Shown in pieces: positions 9,256 through 17,303 of a stretch of DNA of 64,000 nt; the first letter of the stretch is position 1; the number at the start of each line of letters is the position of its first letter. Position numbers and translations under genes: made by a program. The notes under the pieces were generated by a model, which saw nothing but the letters and a program-made list of their open reading frames with translations, was not told the origin of the DNA and did no database searches. The stretch lies in NCBI GenBank assembly GCA_963705705.1, contig CAVPKK010000003.1:128001-192000 (forward strand). The letters are read 5' to 3'. This stretch comes from an uncultured bacterium (lineage in GTDB: Bacteria > Babelota > Babeliae > Babelales > JABCYS01).

Positions 9256-9313
9256 AATCCATATTTTATAAAACTGGGCAAAAATTATACAAGTATTGAG
9301 GTGTATAGCAAAA
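9256..9313. repeat. 58-bp exact direct repeat, copy 2
   Basis: Identical to 7393-7450. Confidence 0.92.
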
Positions 9314-9395
9314 GGAGGAACACTGTTTAAAGGAATCCCGATGAGCATCTTAGAAATATACCATGTTTCTTGGCATCAAGGGCATTATCATTTGT

Positions 9396-10481
9396 TTAGT
9401 CAATATCGGAATGATCGGAATCTTCATCACGTATAAGAGCTTTTTTTGCATCAGACTCTTTGCTTTCATCGGCACTCATTTTCCGTTTAATCATGTTTTT
9501 GGCCTGACCTTCTGGATTAATCAGGATTTGTGGTGCCAATGGTCTAGGCTGTGGTGTTGTATTAGGTTGTTTGTATTTTCTTAGATCAACCACAATGGCC
9601 GTCATGTTATCTGTTCCGCCATGTATATTCGCGCAATTTACCAAACTAGTAGCGGCTATCTTACAGCTTTTGTGACGATTGAGGGCTTCTTTTACTACCG
9701 CGCAAGCAGTGTTGTAACATAAATCTTCTTTAATTTTTTTGGCTTCAGTATTTAAATTATTGTTAACAATGGCATTTGCTGCTTGAGAGAAAGCATTCCA
9801 AATACCTTTGGAGGTGAGAATCATGAACTTGTTTTCGGGCACAAGGTCAAACTGCTTGAGGAAGATGTTATTATCTGTACTAGGTTCCTCCCGTTCAAGA
9901 AACAAAAAGCAATCGTGCTTAATTAGATTTCGCGGTTTGCCGCAGCCGGCTACAAATATTCTTTGGTTTTTTATGAGAGCTATAATTCCTGCAACATTTG
10001 AAACAGCATAAAATTTTTTGAACTCTTCCCCAACAGCAATTCCTGGATGATCCGCAAATTTATTGTGCCTGCAGATACAATCATGAAGAGTCTTGGTAGC
10101 CAGTTCGATCGCTGCGCAATGTTCATGGTTAAATATTCCAAAAAAGGATGAATTTGGTAGCTCGTCATTTCCATAGCCATATTCTCTTATTTCAGTCTGC
10201 GCCCCCATATAATATGCAACGCCGAAGTCTTGATCAGCCATATTACATTTGGCTGCATTTAGAGCAGCTTTAGCAGTACTTATTTTATCTTTGAGTTCCC
10301 GTACGGTAATTTCATTACCGGTCGTGTTAGCCGCTCGATCAGGAAGAACACGCATATAGAAATCGGTTGCCAATATAGACGGATTGGAAGAAGAACTAGT
10401 AGCAATGAGCAAACTGGTTTGCAAGCTGAGCATGAAGGTGCTGAGAATAATTAATGTAGAGCGGTTTATTAGAAGGTTCAT
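9396..10481 (-). CDS. secreted PP2C/PPM-fold protein with degenerate active site
   Basis: FFGIFNHE, GCGKPR, FMILTSKGIWN, GGTDNMTAIVVDL; hydrophobic N-terminus. Confidence 0.75.
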   Translation of the reverse strand: MNLLINRSTLIILSTFMLSLQTSLLIATSSSSNPSILATDFYMRVLPDRAANTTGNEITVRELKDKISTAKAALNAAKCNMADQDFGVAYYMGAQTEIREYGYGNDELPNSSFFGIFNHEHCAAIELATKTLHDCICRHNKFADHPGIAVGEEFKKFYAVSNVAGIIALIKNQRIFVAGCGKPRNLIKHDCFLFLEREEPSTDNNIFLKQFDLVPENKFMILTSKGIWNAFSQAANAIVNNNLNTEAKKIKEDLCYNTACAVVKEALNRHKSCKIAATSLVNCANIHGGTDNMTAIVVDLRKYKQPNTTPQPRPLAPQILINPEGQAKNMIKRKMSADESKESDAKKALIRDEDSDHSDID

Positions 10482-10530
10482 ATTGTATTCATTAAATCTT
10501 GCCTTAATTGCAGCATGAAGGCAGAAAACG

Positions 10531-11640
10531 TTAGCTCGTGTGGTTTAGTAATTTTCGAAGATCAATCACAATGGCTGTCATATTATCTTTGCCGCCATGC
10601 ACACTCGCACAATTTACCAAACTGTTAGCTGCTGCCTCACAACTATTATGCCGATGGAAAGCTTCATGAACAATCGCTGCCGCAGTTTGATAGCCTAATT
10701 TGCGAAGGATCATGGCTCTGGTAGATGCAACGGCGCCCTTGAAACTTAAAGATTTGGTATCAATTGCTCCTGTTGCTTGGCTTAATGCTTGCTTAACAGG
10801 GGCTTCAGCAGCCTCATAGCTTAAGGCTTCTTCAAACATTCCCGAATTAGCCCCTGAAGTTTTGCCATCTTTAGTTCCTTTAATAGCTGTGTATGCTGCG
10901 TTGTAAAAGGCATCCCAAATACCCTTGGAAGCGAGTATCAGAAACCTAGGTACAGGCTCAATGCCATTTTCGGGGTCAAGATCTATAGATTCGGAATACA
11001 TATTCTCATGTTTGTGGTCTTCATCATATTTAGCGGGCAGCATATCAATTGTCCATTTCGAACCTGGTTTTAAATGATAGTTCAACGCCAATAAACGAGA
11101 CTTGCCAATCCATGAATAATACAGCCTTTTGTCTTTTATCAGTGCTACGATACCTGGCGTTGTAGGATGTGATTGCGCAGTTGAAGCCGGCACACTTTGA
11201 TGAAAGGTCGCAAAGGTATCCTTAATTGCTGATTCGAGATCATCTGTAACCTTTTGATGAGAAAGGATTTTATTATAAAGTCCTTTGGCAGCAGCTTGGG
11301 CAATCGCGGGATTCTTTTGGCCATCAAATATGCTAAAAAAAGATGGCCCATCCGGAGGTGTTACTACATGATGATAGTCTGACCTTTTCAGGCTTTTACC
11401 TGGGGAATACGCTACACAAAAGCGCTTATCCGTCATGACAGCCGTAGCAGCATTTTCTTCATTTTCTTTATCCGCGGCAGCCATTGTAGCGGCTATTTTT
11501 GCTCGAGCTTCTTTTTCCATCGACTTTAATGCGCGTTCAATGAAATCATCCGGGCTTAGCGTCGGCGTGGCGCTGGTAGCGTTCAGTGAAACGAATAAAA
11601 ATCCAAGAATGAAGAGGATGAAACTAAATCGTACAGGCAT
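10531..11640 (-). CDS. secreted PP2C/PPM-fold protein with degenerate active site (paralog of 9396-10481)
   Basis: FFSIFDGQ, WIGKSR, FLILASKGIWD, GGKDNMTAIVIDL; signal peptide. Confidence 0.8.
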   Translation of the reverse strand: MPVRFSFILFILGFLFVSLNATSATPTLSPDDFIERALKSMEKEARAKIAATMAAADKENEENAATAVMTDKRFCVAYSPGKSLKRSDYHHVVTPPDGPSFFSIFDGQKNPAIAQAAAKGLYNKILSHQKVTDDLESAIKDTFATFHQSVPASTAQSHPTTPGIVALIKDKRLYYSWIGKSRLLALNYHLKPGSKWTIDMLPAKYDEDHKHENMYSESIDLDPENGIEPVPRFLILASKGIWDAFYNAAYTAIKGTKDGKTSGANSGMFEEALSYEAAEAPVKQALSQATGAIDTKSLSFKGAVASTRAMILRKLGYQTAAAIVHEAFHRHNSCEAAANSLVNCASVHGGKDNMTAIVIDLRKLLNHTS

Positions 11641-11749
11641 GTTCTTCCTAACCGTTGTGGTTTCAGAGTTTGCCGAGAATGGCGTTCGGCGTCAAAGGGC
11701 TGCATATATGATCAGGACAAGGAAAATGGGTCGATCTAATCGGTGGCCA

Positions 11750-12199
11750 TTATTTGAGATTTTTGAGCAGTTTGAGCTCTTGCCGGTGCATGACTTTATA
11801 ATCGGCATCGGTGATATGATCATAGCCCAATAGATGCAACATACCATGAACTAATATGAGCTTGAGACGGTCTTGCGGATCCACGCCGTATGTTTTTGCA
11901 TCGCGGCCGACGATGGCTGGCGCAATAATCAGGTCGCCTAAAACCTTATCTTCAGGATCTGTGGCCTTGATCCGTTGGCCTGCCTTCAGGTTGGGGTAGA
12001 AAGGGAATGACAATACGTCAGTTGGCCCTTTTTTGGTGCGATACTGCTCGTTGAAGCGAGCAATGGTGCGCGGCGCGCAAAACCAAATGTTGAGATCAAA
12101 TTCTTTATAATCCAGCTCATCCAGGATGGTCTGAGCCCAACGGCGTACCTGCCGCGTATTAATAGGAATGGATTTCTGGGTGTTTTTGATCAGGATCAT
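11750..12199 (-). CDS. ybeY: rRNA maturation endoribonuclease YbeY
   Basis: PTDVLSFP, LGDLII, HGMLHLLGYDH. Confidence 0.96.
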   Translation of the reverse strand: MILIKNTQKSIPINTRQVRRWAQTILDELDYKEFDLNIWFCAPRTIARFNEQYRTKKGPTDVLSFPFYPNLKAGQRIKATDPEDKVLGDLIIAPAIVGRDAKTYGVDPQDRLKLILVHGMLHLLGYDHITDADYKVMHRQELKLLKNLK

Positions 12200-14763
12200 A
12201 TCCCAACTCGGGCATGCCAGGTTCCATCCTTTTCTTCTAGTAGCGAACCGTCGCAGACTCCATTGTTATTCACAATAGTCTCTGCCTGTGACACGCCCTT
12301 AATCAATAATTCTTGCGATCGTACTTCATCGAGCGCTGCTTGATCAGCCGAACATATAATTAAGGTATGTAACGGTGTTTTAAGGGAAAGCTGTTTTTCA
12401 GATTTTAATTTCCGAACTGCAGCAATTACGCTTAACACCCAAGTCATGCTATCAACGCTGCTTGGGAATGCGAACCTCTTCTGAACTTCGTTTATGCTTG
12501 TGTGGTGAATTGAGCTGATGGCATCATTTTTATAGACCGACTCAAAAATAGCTTCAGTTACATGTGGCAAGTATGGTGCATATAACTGCAACAATCGTAA
12601 ACCAAGGTGATGTAAGGTCCATTTTGTTGCCGCTACCATATCGGCTGGGTATTTTTCAGGTTTGAATAATTGATCTTTCACCAGCTCGAGATAATTGTCG
12701 CAGACGTCCTGCCAGAAAAATTCTTCTACCGCATTCAATGCATGGCCAAATTCATTTTGCTCAAATGCTTGGTGGTACCGGCTGAAGCAATTGCTTGCGC
12801 GATCAAGAATCCATTCATTTACGGGATACAACTTTATTGGTTCTGGCGCTTGCTTGCCAACATCCTGGACATGTTCGGCTATAAAGCGCATGGCATTCCA
12901 AATTTTGGTAACCAAACGCTGGCCGATATTTAGCTGGTTTTCCGTAAACGGAATGTCTTGGCCCAGGCTGCCAGATGCTGTCCAATATCGTATGACATCA
13001 GCTGAATATCTTTCCAGCAAATTATGGGGTGTTGTTCTTTCATTGCCCTTGGATTTGGAAAGCTTTTCCTTGCTATCAGCAAGTACGTGCCCTGAAATAA
13101 TAATATTATTCCATGGAATGGTTTGCTGATGCATCCAAACCTTTACTATAGTATCGAACGCCCAGGTGCGAATAATATCATGCGCTTGTGGCCGCATTGT
13201 CATCAAGGCCTTAGGCCCTGAACCAGAAAAGCGATCAGACACGCTATAGACAGTCGATGTTAAGTCAAAGTTTTTTCCTGTTTTTTGATAAAACAACTGC
13301 GCACATATATAAGGAGTAAGTGATGACGTGTTCCAGGTATCCATCACATCACGGTCAGGAGTAATATCCTTACCGCCACATTGTGTACAGCTAGCAGGTG
13401 CCGTTTCTTGCGGATCTACCGGCAACTGTTTTTCATCTGCCAGAATCACGGCATTACAGCTAGCGCAGTACCATGCTGGAAATGGAATGCCAAAGAATCG
13501 TTGGCGAGAAATACACCAATCCCAGCCCAGGTGCTCAACCCAATCGTTATAACGAGATTTCATAAAGGTCGGGTACCAGTTAATTTGGTCTGCCATTTCA
13601 ATGAACGTTTTCTTGTGATCCAAAATATTAACAAACCATTGTTTTAACGGCATGAACTCAATTTCACGCTTGCAACGTTCATGTACATTCACAGCATGAG
13701 TGATTGGCTTCTGGTTTTTGAGTAGGCCCTGCTCTTTCAATTTTTCCAATACAGCGTTACGCGCCGCTTCAGCTTTCAATCCTGCCAAGAATCCGGCTTC
13801 GGTAGTCCATTTTCCATCCAGGCCAATAACTGCTCGATATGGCAGATTAAATTTCTTAACCCACGCGATATCAGTTTTATCACCAAAGGTGCAGACCATT
13901 ACCAGACCTGTTCCCTTATCTATTTGGACTGATTCATCAGCGAGAATTGGCACTTCTTGGCCGAATAAGGGAACTATTGCTTTTTTGCCAGCCAGATGTT
14001 GGTACCTGGGATCATCCGGGTTATAGAGCATAGCAACACATGCTGGCAATAACTCAGGCCGCGTGGTCCCGATGACCAATTCCTGACCATCCGTTGTCTT
14101 GAAAATGATATCATTAAAGAAGGACGGTTTTTCGACGTCCTCTAATTCTGCCTGGGCAACTGAGGTGCGACATACCGTGCAATAGAGCGCAGGCTCATAT
14201 TTGCGGTAAACGTATCCTTTTTTATACAGTTCAATAAATGAAGCTTGAGACAATGCCCGTGTAGAAGCAGAAATGGTTGAATAACACGAATCCCAATCAA
14301 CTGAGAGGCCAATGCTCCGCCAAAGCTTTTCAAACTCTTTTTCAACCTCTGCGGTTACCTCTAAGCACACATTAATGAATGCTGATCTGCCTAATTGGTA
14401 AGCGGTAATCTCTTTTTTCTTTTCAACAAACCGCTCAGTCGGCAATCCATTATCATCAAAGCCGAATGGATAAAAAACCTTTTTTCCCTGCAAACGCTGA
14501 TACCGAGCTATGATGTCGGTCTGCGTGTATGAAAAAATGTGACCGATATGCAATGAACCGGAAACCGTCGGCGGCGGGGTATCAACGCTATATAGTGCGC
14601 CATGATAATTTTCCATGGCATTTGTTTTTTCAGCTTCCCAACGTTGTTGGATCCGCTGCTCTTCTGATTTGGCGTTGTATTGACAACTACGTTGTCTAAA
14701 TTGCGCTTCGCTCGCTTGGGTCTGGTCAGACCCCGACTCACTTTGCTTATATTGTTTTTCCAC
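12196..14763 (-). CDS. valS: valine--tRNA ligase, archaeal type
   Basis: DTPPPTVSGSLHIGH, TTRPELL, GTGLVMVCTFGD, WDWCISRQR, QAHDII, KLSKS. Confidence 0.95.
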   Translation of the reverse strand: MEKQYKQSESGSDQTQASEAQFRQRSCQYNAKSEEQRIQQRWEAEKTNAMENYHGALYSVDTPPPTVSGSLHIGHIFSYTQTDIIARYQRLQGKKVFYPFGFDDNGLPTERFVEKKKEITAYQLGRSAFINVCLEVTAEVEKEFEKLWRSIGLSVDWDSCYSTISASTRALSQASFIELYKKGYVYRKYEPALYCTVCRTSVAQAELEDVEKPSFFNDIIFKTTDGQELVIGTTRPELLPACVAMLYNPDDPRYQHLAGKKAIVPLFGQEVPILADESVQIDKGTGLVMVCTFGDKTDIAWVKKFNLPYRAVIGLDGKWTTEAGFLAGLKAEAARNAVLEKLKEQGLLKNQKPITHAVNVHERCKREIEFMPLKQWFVNILDHKKTFIEMADQINWYPTFMKSRYNDWVEHLGWDWCISRQRFFGIPFPAWYCASCNAVILADEKQLPVDPQETAPASCTQCGGKDITPDRDVMDTWNTSSLTPYICAQLFYQKTGKNFDLTSTVYSVSDRFSGSGPKALMTMRPQAHDIIRTWAFDTIVKVWMHQQTIPWNNIIISGHVLADSKEKLSKSKGNERTTPHNLLERYSADVIRYWTASGSLGQDIPFTENQLNIGQRLVTKIWNAMRFIAEHVQDVGKQAPEPIKLYPVNEWILDRASNCFSRYHQAFEQNEFGHALNAVEEFFWQDVCDNYLELVKDQLFKPEKYPADMVAATKWTLHHLGLRLLQLYAPYLPHVTEAIFESVYKNDAISSIHHTSINEVQKRFAFPSSVDSMTWVLSVIAAVRKLKSEKQLSLKTPLHTLIICSADQAALDEVRSQELLIKGVSQAETIVNNNGVCDGSLLEEKDGTWHARVGI

Positions 14764-14941
14764 GCGATAACTCTTTAGCTAAATTAAATTAGGAGATGGT
14801 ATTGTAAGTCTAGATCTGTGCTGGGTCAAAAGCATCTCTTTAGTAGATGTTGTAAATCCAGTCCGAGGCTCATGAATCTTTCGCGTTGAAGGCGATACTG
14901 CTTTCAGCTAGACTGGCCATATCATTAATTCAAAAAGCGGA

Positions 14942-16672
14942 GTGCGTGTGCAAGATTTAATTTCAATTCTTCTCCAGCTAAAGGCCATAACGCCAGAGCA
15001 ACGTATCCAATGCGAAGCTGATACTGCAGTGACTAAGCAACCTATTGAGCAGTGTCTGTTGCAACGTGGTTTTATAACTCCTGAACTCTTGGCTCAAGCA
15101 TACGCCAAACAATTTAATATTCCCTACGTTCAGCAAATTAATGAATCGATGGCCGATCCGGTCTTGCTTGCTCGCATTCCCCTTAAATTTCTTCGCGATA
15201 ATACGGTCATGCCAGTTACCTATGAAGGCAACGTCATCTTATTAACGGCCGATCCCCGCAATTTTCAGGCAACCGATGAGCTGAATCTTATTTTAGGTGG
15301 CGATTTAGGTATCGGTATCGCCACAGCCAAAACCATTTTGGATGGAATCAACCGATTTTATCCGCTCGAAGGGGCCAAGCAGCTAGTTGCCGAGCTTGAG
15401 GAAGAGCAAGGGCTATCGGCGGAGGCGGTAGATTTTGGTGCCATCGAAGAAACTGAAATAACCGGTGCGGTTGCAGAGGCTCCGATTATTAAATTGGTTA
15501 ATCACATTCTCTATCAGGCGGTCAAGCAAGGTGCATCGGATATTCATATTGAGCCGTATGAAAAAGAGTTGCATGTGCGCTATCGTATTGATGGTGTAAT
15601 GCAGGTAGCGCTAACGCCACCTAAGCGTGCGCAAGCGGCGCTGATATCGCGTATCAAAATAATGGCGAACATGAATATTGCTGAAAAGCGCAAGCCGCAG
15701 GGTGGCCGGATCATGGTTCGCGTAGCTGATAAGCCAATCGATATTCGTGTATCTATTGTGCCGGTACAGTTTGGCGAGCGTGTGGTAATGCGATTGCTTG
15801 ATAAATCAAAGGCACTCGTAGCCCTATCGGGCATTGGCTTTTCCGATCGAGACATACGGGTATTAACTAAAGCTATTGAACGACCAAATGGCATTATTTT
15901 GGTTTCAGGTCCAACCGGTTCTGGTAAAACAACTACATTGTATGCCATTCTATCACAGCTCAATACGCCTGATGTAAATATTATGACGGTTGAAGATCCG
16001 ATTGAGTATCAGATTGCTGGCATTGCCCAAATTCAAGTGCAAGAAAAAATTGGTCTTACTTTCGCAGCAGCATTGCGTGAAATTTTGCGACAAGACCCCG
16101 ACATTATTATGATCGGTGAAACTCGTGATAGTGAAACCGCACAAATTGCTATTCAAGCAGCACTCACTGGCCACTTGGTGTTGAGTACTATTCACACCAA
16201 TAATGCGCCGGCCACCATTACTCGTTTGATTGACATGGGTATAGAACCATTCTTAATTGCGTCGACCATTGTGTGTATTGTAGCCCAACGTTTGGTGCGC
16301 ATGTTATGCCCGAATTGCAAGGTTCAATTTACACCACCAGCCGATTTGATCGCATCGCTTGGTCTCAGTGCGGCAGAAGCCAAAAAGATTACTTTTTACA
16401 AAGCAGTCGGTTGCCCAAATTGCAGCAATACAGGATATAAAGGCCGCCTAGCTATTTTTGAAATCATGGAAATGACGCCAGAGGTTGCTCATTTGACCAT
16501 GCAACGTGCTGATGCCAACGTTGTTCGACGGCAAGCAATTGCGGATGGCATGACCATGATGATTCAAGATGGCGTTCGCCGCTTGCGAGAAGGTGTAACC
16601 ACTATCGAAGAAGTACTGTCGGCTGCAGTGAGCGAGGAACCAGGCGAACGTGATTTCGAAATCGCGGCATAA
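14942..16672 (+). CDS. GspE/PilB-family secretion/pilus ATPase
   Basis: ASDIHIEP, GPTGSGKTTTLY, TVEDPIE, LRQDPD, TGHLVLSTIH, CxxC...CxxC. Confidence 0.93.
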   Translation: MRVQDLISILLQLKAITPEQRIQCEADTAVTKQPIEQCLLQRGFITPELLAQAYAKQFNIPYVQQINESMADPVLLARIPLKFLRDNTVMPVTYEGNVILLTADPRNFQATDELNLILGGDLGIGIATAKTILDGINRFYPLEGAKQLVAELEEEQGLSAEAVDFGAIEETEITGAVAEAPIIKLVNHILYQAVKQGASDIHIEPYEKELHVRYRIDGVMQVALTPPKRAQAALISRIKIMANMNIAEKRKPQGGRIMVRVADKPIDIRVSIVPVQFGERVVMRLLDKSKALVALSGIGFSDRDIRVLTKAIERPNGIILVSGPTGSGKTTTLYAILSQLNTPDVNIMTVEDPIEYQIAGIAQIQVQEKIGLTFAAALREILRQDPDIIMIGETRDSETAQIAIQAALTGHLVLSTIHTNNAPATITRLIDMGIEPFLIASTIVCIVAQRLVRMLCPNCKVQFTPPADLIASLGLSAAEAKKITFYKAVGCPNCSNTGYKGRLAIFEIMEMTPEVAHLTMQRADANVVRRQAIADGMTMMIQDGVRRLREGVTTIEEVLSAAVSEEPGERDFEIAA

Positions 16673-16675
16673 CCA

Positions 16676-16726
16676 CCAGGGCGCGCCCTGGACCCGATAT
16701 GCGATTAAAATCTGCGTAGGCGAGTC
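16676..16726 (+). repeat. family D repeat (palindrome + cgtaggcgagtc), copy 1
   Basis: ccagggcgcgccctgg...cgtaggcgagtc, similar to 20190-20243. Confidence 0.7.
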
Positions 16727-17302
16727 GTGTTGGATTTTAAGATTCCCCCTAATTTAACCTGGCTATTGAAAGAACCCGCTCGTCCTGAGCCTGTCGACCC
16801 TTCGATACATTTTGCTTCGCAAAACACTCAGGGCGATCGGCATGGGGTCCCCAAAACTCGGGTTCCCTTACAGGGTGAGTTTGGGGTAAAAGGATGCGAG
16901 CGGCATTGCGCGAAAAAAGAGTGGATACTCAGCGGCCATTCACTTATTGAACTTACCGTCGTCCTTACCATCTTCACATTCTTTTCAGGCCTATCCATCG
17001 GCACCTTATCCTATCTTGAGCGGATGACCGTCCGATGTGCTGCAGAAAAACTATTTACTGATATTTCGCATATACAACAGCAAGCGTTAGTTTCAGGCGA
17101 GCCGCAAACGATCGAGTTGTCTGAATATGTATTGTCGCGCGGGGTCCATTTTTCTGCTATCACATTTCCTCATGAGAAAATAATCGCTGCCGCATCTGGT
17201 GTTATTTGCGCGGGATCTGTGTATCTTACAGATGATAAAAATTGGACGTATGCGGTGACAGTACCGGTTGGTGGTGCGGCTGCACGAATTGCTCAAAAAT
17301 AA
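16727..17302 (+). CDS. prepilin/pseudopilin-like protein (GspH/FimT-like) with repeat-derived leader
   Basis: G|HSLIELTVVLTIF type IV prepilin-like motif; follows the GspE/PilB gene. Confidence 0.7.
   Translation: MLDFKIPPNLTWLLKEPARPEPVDPSIHFASQNTQGDRHGVPKTRVPLQGEFGVKGCERHCAKKEWILSGHSLIELTVVLTIFTFFSGLSIGTLSYLERMTVRCAAEKLFTDISHIQQQALVSGEPQTIELSEYVLSRGVHFSAITFPHEKIIAAASGVICAGSVYLTDDKNWTYAVTVPVGGAAARIAQK
16776..16903 (+). repeat. triple-nested repeat A[A'(16798-16836), B(16844-16889)]
   Basis: ccgctcgtcctgagcctgtcga | cccttcgatacattttgcttcgcaaaacactcagggcga | ggggtcccc...ggggtaa | aaggatgcgagcgg. Confidence 0.88.
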
Positions 17303-17303
17303 T

